Source: an uncultured bacterium (GTDB lineage: Bacteria > Patescibacteriota > Minisyncoccia > Phycocordibacterales > CAIRYW01). From it: a DNA stretch of 64,000 nucleotides. The stretch lies in assembly GCA_963766885.1 (NCBI GenBank), contig CAVYBO010000001.1:132352-196351 (forward strand), in the 5' to 3' direction. Below, in pieces: positions 47,710 through 55,825 of this stretch. The position numbers and the translations under genes are program-made. The stretch's first letter is position 1; each line of letters starts with the position of its first letter. The notes below the pieces were generated by a model. The model saw only the letters and a program-made list of their open reading frames with translations, did no database searches and was not told the DNA's origin.

Positions 47710-49254
47710 ATGCCAGAAAATAAAGCGGAAAAGACTTATTACACCACAATCGGTTTGGAGATACATGCGGAGGTTAATACCAAGACCAAGATGTTTTGTG
47801 CTTGCAAAAATGATCCAGACGAAGAGCGGCCGAACGCCAATATTTGTCCTGTGTGTATGGGACACCCTGGCACGCTCCCAAGACCAAACAAGGAAGCAAT
47901 AAAGCAAGTGTTGAGAGTTGGAACCGCTGTTGGAGGCAAGCTTGCTTTGGAGTACACAGAATTTGATAGGAAGAATTATTTTTATCCTGATATTCCAAAA
48001 GGCTATCAATTATCACAATACAAATTTCCGCTGGTTAGCGGAGGAAATTTAAACGGCGTTGAATTGACACGCGTGCATATTGAAGAAGATACAGGTACAT
48101 CTTTGCATGAAGAGGGCCAAGGAAATGATCAGTACTCGTTGCTAAATTACAATCGCGCTGGAGTGCCTTTGATGGAACTTGTAACTGAGCCTGTGATAAC
48201 TTCTGCCAAACAAGCTTCAGAGTTTGCAAAAGAACTGCAGTTGCTTCTTCGAACTCTTGGAGCAAGCAATGCAAATATGGAAAAAGGCGAGATGCGCGTT
48301 GAAGCAAATATTTCTATTTCCGATGACCCAAAAAAATTCGGTACAAAAGTTGAAGTCAAAAACCTGAACTCTTTTAAAGCTGTTGAAAAGGCGATTGAGT
48401 ATGAGCTTGAACGCCACAAACAAATTTTAGAAAAAGGAGAAAAGCTGAATCAAGAAACTCGCGGCTGGGATGAAAACAAAAACGCAACCTTTTCTCAAAG
48501 GCAGAAGGAAGACGCGCACGACTATAGATATTTTCCTGATCCGGATATTCCCAAGCTGAAGCTCGGAGAAGTTGAAGGATTTGCTGAAAGCGAATTGAAA
48601 AATTCTTTACCTGAATTGCCGAGGGAGAAAAGAGAACGTCTTTTGCAACTGGGAGTTAATAAAGAATATGTGGAAACATTTTTGTCACGTGTTGAATTAG
48701 GAATATTTTTTGATGAAGTTCTAGCGACATTAAATCCTCAGGGTCACGCGCTTCGTTTTGCTTCGCAAAAGTCGCGCGCAACGCCTTCGGATTTAACGAC
48801 CGAGGGATTACAGGCGACTTCGCCAGCGGTGAACGAAGACTGTGATTCCGAGGCCATTATTCTTGCTTCAAATTATGCTGGTACCGATGTTGTTTCTATA
48901 AAAGAAAAAACAGGTAAGATGCCGGAAGCAGAAAGTTTTGCCAAAACAATTATCCTTTTGAAAAATGGCAAAATTTCTTCGCGCGCTGCAAAAGATATTT
49001 TGGGAATTCTTGCGGCAGAAGGCGGTGATCCACAAAAAATTGCAGAAGAGAAGAAATTATTGCAAGTCAGCGATGAAGCCGCGATCAAAGAAATAGTGCA
49101 AAAAATCATTTCTGCCAATCCAAAGGTGGTTGAGGAATTCAAAGCCGGAAAAACAAGCTCGGTGCAGTTTTTGGTGGGGCAGGCAATGAAGGAAACTAAG
49201 GGTTCAGCCAACCCGCAAATGCTCCAAAAGCTATTTTCAGAAGCTCTGAAATAG
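47710..49254 (+). CDS. gatB: Asp-tRNA(Asn)/Glu-tRNA(Gln) amidotransferase subunit B
   Basis: IGLEIH, TKMFC, DRKNYFYPD, NRAGVPLMELV, YRYFPDPD, GQAMK. Confidence 0.97.
   Translation: MPENKAEKTYYTTIGLEIHAEVNTKTKMFCACKNDPDEERPNANICPVCMGHPGTLPRPNKEAIKQVLRVGTAVGGKLALEYTEFDRKNYFYPDIPKGYQLSQYKFPLVSGGNLNGVELTRVHIEEDTGTSLHEEGQGNDQYSLLNYNRAGVPLMELVTEPVITSAKQASEFAKELQLLLRTLGASNANMEKGEMRVEANISISDDPKKFGTKVEVKNLNSFKAVEKAIEYELERHKQILEKGEKLNQETRGWDENKNATFSQRQKEDAHDYRYFPDPDIPKLKLGEVEGFAESELKNSLPELPREKRERLLQLGVNKEYVETFLSRVELGIFFDEVLATLNPQGHALRFASQKSRATPSDLTTEGLQATSPAVNEDCDSEAIILASNYAGTDVVSIKEKTGKMPEAESFAKTIILLKNGKISSRAAKDILGILAAEGGDPQKIAEEKKLLQVSDEAAIKEIVQKIISANPKVVEEFKAGKTSSVQFLVGQAMKETKGSANPQMLQKLFSEALK
48730..48796 (+). 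repeat. Palindromic element, copy B, in frame inside gatB
   Basis: TTAAATC-CTCAGGGTCACGCGCTTCGTTTTGCTTCGCAAAAGTCGCGCGCAACGCCTTCG-GATTTAA. Confidence 0.9.
48795..48858 (-). repeat. Palindromic element, copy C (inverted), in frame inside gatB
   Basis: Reverse-complement core CTCGGAATCACAGTCTTCGTTCACCGCTGGCGAAGTCGCCTGTAATCCCTCG, close to the secA copy. Confidence 0.9.
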
Positions 49255-49307
49255 CTATTTTGTCAATGTTTTAATTATTGCTGGTTTGGTTTACTATTTA
49301 GGAACTT

Positions 49308-50147
49308 ATGGCTAAACAAAAAACAAAGGCAAAAATTGAAGAAGAGGGAGATGAGAAAAAATACTATTTTATTGCCGGCCTTCCGCGCGCCGGATCAACT
49401 TTGCTTTGCAATATTCTGGCTCAAAATCCAAGATTTCTGACAACCGCAACTTCGGGGATCATGGATGTAATGTTTGGGGTCAGAAACACTTGGGACAACT
49501 TGATTGAATTCAAAGCCAATCCAAATCCTGATGCAAAGCTTCGCGTGCTTCGCGGAATTTTGGATTCATATTACGCAGATTCAGACAAGAGCGTGGTTTT
49601 TGATAAATGCCGCGGATGGCTTTCGCTTTTGGAAATGGCGGAATCAGTGCTTGGACACAAGGCAAAAGTTTTGGTGCCGGTTCGCGATATCCGAGATGTG
49701 CTTGCCAGCTTTGAAAAACTTTGGCGAGAAGCATCAAAGAGCAAGCAAATCGGGCAGGAGGGCGCAAATTATTTTGCGTTTCAAACCGTGGAAGGCAGAA
49801 CTGAAACCTGGCTTCGTCCGGACCAGCCGGTTGGATTGGCTTACAACAGAATCAAGGACGCAATCAACAGAGGCTACGCGGACAGAATGTTACTTGTGGA
49901 CTTTGAAGATTTGACGGCGCGGCCGGAACAGACCATGCAGGTGATTTATGAATTTTTGGGAGAAAAATTTTATCGGCACGATTTTGAGAATGTAAAGCAA
50001 GTGACTTTTGAGGATGATTCTGTTCACGGTATTCCAAATCTTCACACAATCAAATCAAAAGTGCGTCCGATGCCTCCTCAATGGCCGCTCATACTTGGCC
50101 CCTTTGCTGAAAAATACGGTCAGCTCAATTTTTGGAATAAAAAATAA
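49308..50147 (+). CDS. Sulfotransferase family protein
   Basis: 5'-PSB motif IAGLPRAGSTLL, 3'-PB motif VRDIRDVLAS, FEDLTARP. Confidence 0.88.
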   Translation: MAKQKTKAKIEEEGDEKKYYFIAGLPRAGSTLLCNILAQNPRFLTTATSGIMDVMFGVRNTWDNLIEFKANPNPDAKLRVLRGILDSYYADSDKSVVFDKCRGWLSLLEMAESVLGHKAKVLVPVRDIRDVLASFEKLWREASKSKQIGQEGANYFAFQTVEGRTETWLRPDQPVGLAYNRIKDAINRGYADRMLLVDFEDLTARPEQTMQVIYEFLGEKFYRHDFENVKQVTFEDDSVHGIPNLHTIKSKVRPMPPQWPLILGPFAEKYGQLNFWNKK

Positions 50148-50150
50148 AAA

Positions 50151-51056
50151 ATGCCAAAGTATGCGGTATTTGTGATAAACGGGTTGCCAGAAAAAGATTT
50201 TTTGGGCACGGCCGTTATTGCTCAATACAAAAAAGAAAATCCAAATCAAAAAATAATTGTTTTGAGCCGCAATCCATATATTTGGATGCACAACACGGAT
50301 GTTTGGAGAATTTACGACAGCTCTCGAACCCAATATTTCCATGATGATTTTATTGCGGGTGGCCAGTCCAAAATTTTCGCGGAAGACCCATATATTTCAA
50401 CCGACTATATTTCACATGGTATGCATGTTATTGATGCTTGGGCCAAATTGATTGGTGTAGCCAAGCCGGAGCATAAGCCTAAGGTTTTTTTGACGCAGAG
50501 GGAATTTGAAGTCACAGAACGCCTGCTAGGGCAGTACAAGCCGTTTTGCATTATTTCCACAGAGGGTGAAGCTTTTCTGCCAAAAGGAGCGTCAACATGG
50601 GTCAAGAAAATACCCCGGCAATTAAGCGAATTTTTGGCTTCAGAAATGAAAAAAAGCGGTATTAATGTGCTTCACGCTATGCTTCCAAATGAGCAGCCTC
50701 TGCCGTTTTCAACACCAATAAATTTTGAGCCGAGAATTTTGATTGGAGCTCTTAAGGCTGCTGACGCAAGAATTTTGACGAATTCTTTTTTGGCTCACGC
50801 TTCTGCGGCTCTTGAAATTAATTCCACTGTAATTTATTCCGATGCATTGCCTCTGCAAACGGGTTATGAGATTAATTCAAATTTTTATCCAGAAAATTTG
50901 CCACCTCAGCAAAAAGATATTGTAGAAAATTATTATCCGGCGATTGATGTTGGCAATTTCCGCTCACTCCAAAGAGTTAACCTTGCTGGAACTTATAAAG
51001 TGGAAGCAATTTTGAAATCAACATTGGATCAAATAAAAAATAAAGCAAAAAATTAA
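50151..51056 (+). CDS. GT9/heptosyltransferase-like protein, divergent paralog of the next gene
   Basis: Aligns by eye to 51061-51942 (TAVI..YKKENP, EDPY, HVIDAW, NSFLAHASAAL). Confidence 0.6.
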   Translation: MPKYAVFVINGLPEKDFLGTAVIAQYKKENPNQKIIVLSRNPYIWMHNTDVWRIYDSSRTQYFHDDFIAGGQSKIFAEDPYISTDYISHGMHVIDAWAKLIGVAKPEHKPKVFLTQREFEVTERLLGQYKPFCIISTEGEAFLPKGASTWVKKIPRQLSEFLASEMKKSGINVLHAMLPNEQPLPFSTPINFEPRILIGALKAADARILTNSFLAHASAALEINSTVIYSDALPLQTGYEINSNFYPENLPPQQKDIVENYYPAIDVGNFRSLQRVNLAGTYKVEAILKSTLDQIKNKAKN

Positions 51057-51060
51057 ACAG

Positions 51061-51942
51061 ATGAGAAAAAATATTTTATTTATGGTCGCAGGAGGAGTCG
51101 GCAAAAATATTTTGGCTACTGCTGTGGTGCGGGCAATCAACAAAAAATATCCGAGCCATAATATTATTGTTTTGACGCCTTATGGATTTGTCTGGAAAAA
51201 CAACCCGCGAGTCTCGCAGATTCTCAATCCAGAAGAAGAGCCGGATCTTTATGGGAAATACATCAAAGACCACGATACGATTATAATGTTTCAAGAGCCG
51301 TATATGTCTGATGATTTTTTTAACAGACGAAAGCATCTGACTGAAATCTGGTGTCAGCTTTGCAGCGTGTCATCAGACAGATTTGAGCCCGAGCTTTATT
51401 ATCCCAAAAAAGAATTGGAAGAAATAAAAAAGAAAATAGGAATTTCTTCGTCGCCGATTTTTATGATTCAAACTAGCGGCGGACACGAAAGCCAAAAATA
51501 TCCGATTTCTTGGACGCGAGATTTGCCGCTCAATATTGCAGAACAAGTTGTAGAAAAAATGAATCAGAAAGGATACAGAACGGTGCATATCAGAAGAGAA
51601 AATCAATATGCGCTTCCAAACACTTTGCATTTGGATCTTACAACCAGAGAAATGATCGGCTCTGTTTGTTTTGCTGACAAGCTGCTCTTAATAGATTCTG
51701 TGGCAATGCACGCCGCTGCGGCATTTGGCAAGAAAGCCGTTGTCACATGGGTTGGCAATCCGAGCACAATTTTTGGCTACGGAATGCACAAAAATATTTA
51801 TACAAAAGTTCCGATGAGCTTCAGGCACTTCCCCAACGCTTTTTTGGATAAATACGATATTACAGGCAACATAACGGAGTGCCCGTTTGATACAAATGAT
51901 CTTTTTGACGCTGATGAATTGGTAAATCTCCTCGATCAATAA
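51061..51942 (+). CDS. GT9/heptosyltransferase-like glycosyltransferase
   Basis: GGVGKNILATAVVRAINKKYP and IDSVAMHAAAAFGKKAVVTW resemble the GT9 GIGD and DSGPMHLAAA motifs. Confidence 0.72.
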   Translation: MRKNILFMVAGGVGKNILATAVVRAINKKYPSHNIIVLTPYGFVWKNNPRVSQILNPEEEPDLYGKYIKDHDTIIMFQEPYMSDDFFNRRKHLTEIWCQLCSVSSDRFEPELYYPKKELEEIKKKIGISSSPIFMIQTSGGHESQKYPISWTRDLPLNIAEQVVEKMNQKGYRTVHIRRENQYALPNTLHLDLTTREMIGSVCFADKLLLIDSVAMHAAAAFGKKAVVTWVGNPSTIFGYGMHKNIYTKVPMSFRHFPNAFLDKYDITGNITECPFDTNDLFDADELVNLLDQ

Positions 51943-52015
51943 TTCCCAAAGACTTTTCCCCATATTTCGCACACATTTCCTGCAAATAAATGCTAAAATA
52001 ACCTCGTTCTCTAAT

Positions 52016-55000
52016 ATGAAAAACAGTCCAACTTTCAAATCTAAGATTGTCAAACTCTCTTTCTCCGCTGTTATCATCACCTTGGTAGCAAAAGGTGTTG
52101 CTATTCCTCTCTCCAAAGAATACTTTTCATACCTTTTTGAAAGAAAAGATCAATCTATCGCTTTACTTACCAATTTCCCAATCATTCCAGGTAGGGAAGG
52201 TGGAAAAAACACTCTGACAGTCCAGAGCAAGGAATCTCCTCTAACCACAGGCCAACTAATTGGCCTATTAACCTTTGCCAACTCTGCATATGCAGAGAAT
52301 ATTAATTCAACAAATAATCCAGGATTTCTCTCCAGCATCACATCCTTCTACAAACCACTCTTCACCCAATCTATTAATACATATTCAGATATTGGTAACG
52401 GATTTTTGAATCAAACATCAAATGTTGCTGCTCCGGGAGGAATCTTTAATACTATCTGGTCATCAATTTCCAATCTCTTCTCTCCACAACCGACTCCAAC
52501 TGTTATCACTTCCACTGTTACTCCACCACCTGTTGATCACATCCCAGAGCATGTCATTCTTCCAGCGGCAACTACAACAATCAACACTACAAACGTCACA
52601 GACACCACAGACAACAATCAAACCACAGTAGTCTCTCTTCCTCCACCTCTACCAACACAGACAGTTGTCTATCAACCAACAAACAATACTCCGTATCTAT
52701 TACAACTCTCTTCAGAAATTTCTTCCATATCAAATCAAATCGCAAACATCAAACCAGTTGTAAATGATTACACAACAATTGGCGGAGGCGGAGGAGCAGG
52801 TCCAAGTATTATTGGAGTAACAGATTCAATTACACAAAACTCAAACAATATTTCAAATCTTCAGTCTGGAAACTTTTCCGGAGACATCACTGCTTCTGGA
52901 ACCGGTACTTCCACCTTTGCTGGTGCTGTCACTGCTACAGCTTTCTATGGAGATGGATCACACCTAACTGGAATTAGCGCAGGATCTTCTTTCTCAACCT
53001 CTACAACCAGGGGAGTGTTTTCTGCAACTGGACCTCTGGCATATTCCACGACGACCGGAGTGATCTCTATGACTGCAGGAACAAACGGTCAAATACTCCA
53101 GACTGTTTCAGGCACTCCAACTTGGGTGGCAACATCGAGTCTTGGAATTTCTGCAGGTCTTACCAACAATGCTACGGGAAATTCTGCTATTGCTTTAGGT
53201 TGCGGCAGTCTTGCTCCAAGTAGCGATTCGTCGGCGTTTGGATATGAAAATAATGCTTGCTGTGGTTATGCGTCGGCTATTGGTTCATACAACACCGCTT
53301 CTGGTTATCGCTCTGGCGCTTTTGGATATGGTAATACTGCTTCAGGATGTCATTCCTCAGCTTCTGGTTATTACAACCACGCTGCAGATAATTTCGCTTC
53401 AGCTTTTGGTAGTTGTAATAGTGCTTCAGGAAACTACTCCTCCGCTTTTGGTTATCACAACTCGGCATCGGCGTGTTGCTCTTCCGTCTTCGGTTCCAAC
53501 ATCTGCAACACCACCGCATGTTCCGTAGAAATCGGAGCCGACAACGCAGACAAACTTCAAATCTCCTCAGCTGGCGGAGTGAACTTTGTCACTGCATCAA
53601 GTACAGCAGGATTCTGTGTTAATGGAGTGAAAGTGGGAGGGTCATCTTTCTCAACTTCATGCCTTAACTGTCTTTCACAAAATGCAGTTGGGTACGAGAA
53701 CTGCGTAGGTACACTTGGATTGAACGCTTCTACTTTTGGAGGATATAACAGTGCTTCTGGATTTGTTTCTTCAGCTTTTGGATACAATAACAGTGCTTCT
53801 GGATGCAAATCTAATGCTTTTGGTTTTAGTAATAGTGCTTCTGCCTACTATTCACAAGCCTTTGGTGCTAACAACACTGCTTGTGGTGTATGTTCTTCCG
53901 TTTTTGGTGTCAATAACACCGCCTCTGGCAACTACTCCTCCGCTTTCGGTTCTAATAACACCGCCTCTGGATACTGTTCCATCGCCTCCGGTTTCTACAA
54001 CACCGCTTCTGGTTATTGTTCCTCTGCTTTTGGCTATCGCAACACCGCCTCTTGCAACAACGCCTCTGCTTTTGGCTATCGCAACACCGCCTCTTGCAAC
54101 AACGCCTCTGCTTTTGGCGATTGCAACATCGCCTGTGGCAACTACTCCAATGCCTCTGGCTATCGCAACACTGCTTCTGGTCAATACTCCTCTGCCTTTG
54201 GTAACTACAACACCGCCTCTTGCAACAACGCCTCCGCCTCTGGTAACTACAACACCGCCTCTGGCATCTGCTCCTCCGCCTTTGGTAACTCCAACACCGC
54301 CTCTGGCAACTACTCCTCTGCCTCTGGTTACTCCAACTCCGCCTCTGGTCAACAATCCTCCGTCTTTGGCTATCGCAACTCCGCCTCTTGCAACAACGCC
54401 TCCGCCTTTGGTAACTCCAACACCACCTCTGGCAACTACTCCTCCGCCTTTGGTAACTCCAACACCGCCTGTGGCTACTACTCCTCTGCCTCTGGTTACT
54501 CCAACACCACCTCTGGCAACAACGCCTCTGCCTTTGGTTACAACAATACTGCCTCTGGCAACAACGCCTCCGCCTTTGGTTACAACAATACTGCCTCTGG
54601 CATCTCCTCCTCTGCTTCTGGTTATTGCAACACTGCCTCTGGCAACTACTCCTCCGCTTCTGGTTATTGCAACATCGCCTGTGGATGTTATTCCTCCTCT
54701 GCCTTTGGTTACAACAATACTGCCTCTGGCCCCGCCTCCTCTGCCTTTGGTTACAACAATACTGCCTCTGGCATCTCCTCCTCTGCTTCTGGTTATTGCA
54801 ACATCGCCTGTGGCAACTACTCCTCTGCCTTCGGCTCCTGCCTGACAAACAGTACAGCCTGCTCCACAATGCTCGGCTACTGCAACGCCTGGATGAGAAT
54901 CAATCCAGACAAATCCGTCTGCTTCTCAAACGGTGGTTGTATCTCTTCCACTGGTGTAGGCTCATTCGCATCAGACAGAAACATCAAGGACAACTTCACC

Positions 55001-55804
55001 CCAATCAATCAACAAACCATATTAAACTCAATAGACAATCTACCTATCACACAGTGGAACTACATAGCAGATGCAAGCAATACTCCATACATTGGACCAG
55101 TTGCCCAAGACTTCTATGCAGCATTCGGAGGTCTAGGAGGCTCATCTACCACTATCCCTGAGTTTGAACCTGGAGCTATTGCTCTTGTGGGTGTACAGGC
55201 ATTGTCACAGAATTTGGCTTCGACGACGGCACAAGTTCAAACTATCCAAACAGAACTTAATGTTCTGACAGACACATCTACCTCAACCCCTTCATCAGAT
55301 ACTCTCTCTTCAATGACAAGCTGGTTCTCTGGAGTAGGTACAGATATCCAAAACGGTATTACTTATCTTTCTAGTCTCTTTGTTGAGAAGTTGACTGTGG
55401 GATCGGCAAGTAAGCCCACTGGTATTACTTTGTATGACAAGACAACCGGTGAACCGTATTGTTTGGAAATAAATAATGGTACCCCTGAGGCAAAAGCTGG
55501 GGATTGTGACGATGACAGCTCATCGAATGTTTCTTCAGGACAAAGCGGAGGAGGTTCTTCATCAGGATCTAGTGACAATACAAGCACAAGTACAGATTCA
55601 GATTCAACATCTACAAGTGACACATCAGGAGACAATTCAGTTTCTTCTTCAACCCCTTCATCTGACACATCAACATCTACAGATTCTGTAAGTGGTTCAG
55701 GTAATTCAAATTCAACCTCAAGTTCCACGCCAATAAGTAGCACACCAAGCAGTAGTTCTGGTGATTCATCAGATTCGTCAGGTACAAGTACTTCATCCTC
55801 TTAA
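52016..55804 (+). CDS. Giant membrane-anchored trimeric fibre/adhesin: Thr/Pro stalk, YadA-head-like 14-aa repeats, peptidase S74 chaperone domain, Ser/Asp tail
   Basis: N-terminal hydrophobic helix; SAFGxxNxASGxxS repeats; SDRNIKDN...WNY...IGPVAQDF followed by a coiled coil. Confidence 0.85.
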   Translation: MKNSPTFKSKIVKLSFSAVIITLVAKGVAIPLSKEYFSYLFERKDQSIALLTNFPIIPGREGGKNTLTVQSKESPLTTGQLIGLLTFANSAYAENINSTNNPGFLSSITSFYKPLFTQSINTYSDIGNGFLNQTSNVAAPGGIFNTIWSSISNLFSPQPTPTVITSTVTPPPVDHIPEHVILPAATTTINTTNVTDTTDNNQTTVVSLPPPLPTQTVVYQPTNNTPYLLQLSSEISSISNQIANIKPVVNDYTTIGGGGGAGPSIIGVTDSITQNSNNISNLQSGNFSGDITASGTGTSTFAGAVTATAFYGDGSHLTGISAGSSFSTSTTRGVFSATGPLAYSTTTGVISMTAGTNGQILQTVSGTPTWVATSSLGISAGLTNNATGNSAIALGCGSLAPSSDSSAFGYENNACCGYASAIGSYNTASGYRSGAFGYGNTASGCHSSASGYYNHAADNFASAFGSCNSASGNYSSAFGYHNSASACCSSVFGSNICNTTACSVEIGADNADKLQISSAGGVNFVTASSTAGFCVNGVKVGGSSFSTSCLNCLSQNAVGYENCVGTLGLNASTFGGYNSASGFVSSAFGYNNSASGCKSNAFGFSNSASAYYSQAFGANNTACGVCSSVFGVNNTASGNYSSAFGSNNTASGYCSIASGFYNTASGYCSSAFGYRNTASCNNASAFGYRNTASCNNASAFGDCNIACGNYSNASGYRNTASGQYSSAFGNYNTASCNNASASGNYNTASGICSSAFGNSNTASGNYSSASGYSNSASGQQSSVFGYRNSASCNNASAFGNSNTTSGNYSSAFGNSNTACGYYSSASGYSNTTSGNNASAFGYNNTASGNNASAFGYNNTASGISSSASGYCNTASGNYSSASGYCNIACGCYSSSAFGYNNTASGPASSAFGYNNTASGISSSASGYCNIACGNYSSAFGSCLTNSTACSTMLGYCNAWMRINPDKSVCFSNGGCISSTGVGSFASDRNIKDNFTPINQQTILNSIDNLPITQWNYIADASNTPYIGPVAQDFYAAFGGLGGSSTTIPEFEPGAIALVGVQALSQNLASTTAQVQTIQTELNVLTDTSTSTPSSDTLSSMTSWFSGVGTDIQNGITYLSSLFVEKLTVGSASKPTGITLYDKTTGEPYCLEINNGTPEAKAGDCDDDSSSNVSSGQSGGGSSSGSSDNTSTSTDSDSTSTSDTSGDNSVSSSTPSSDTSTSTDSVSGSGNSNSTSSSTPISSTPSSSSGDSSDSSGTSTSSS
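53185..54840 (+). repeat. Two arrays of degenerate 42-bp coding tandem repeats (roughly 35 units)
   Basis: Unit resembles TCTGCCTTTGGTTACAACAATACTGCCTCTGGCAACTACTCC; exact adjacent duplicate at 54021-54104. Confidence 0.9.
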
Positions 55805-55825
55805 TTTTTTTGGTATAATTTCTGT

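Noticed and set aside
53185-54840. 42-bp repeats as a CRISPR array or DGR template/variable repeat
   Set aside because: Units are contiguous and coding, with no unique spacers. Differences are not adenine-specific (TCT>TGT, GGC>TGC). No cas or reverse transcriptase gene is in the window.
53736-55161. Long alternative-frame ORFs (TTPPL-, RRCC- and LWLLQ-rich)
   Set aside because: Shadow frames of the low-complexity repeat, which happens to lack stop codons
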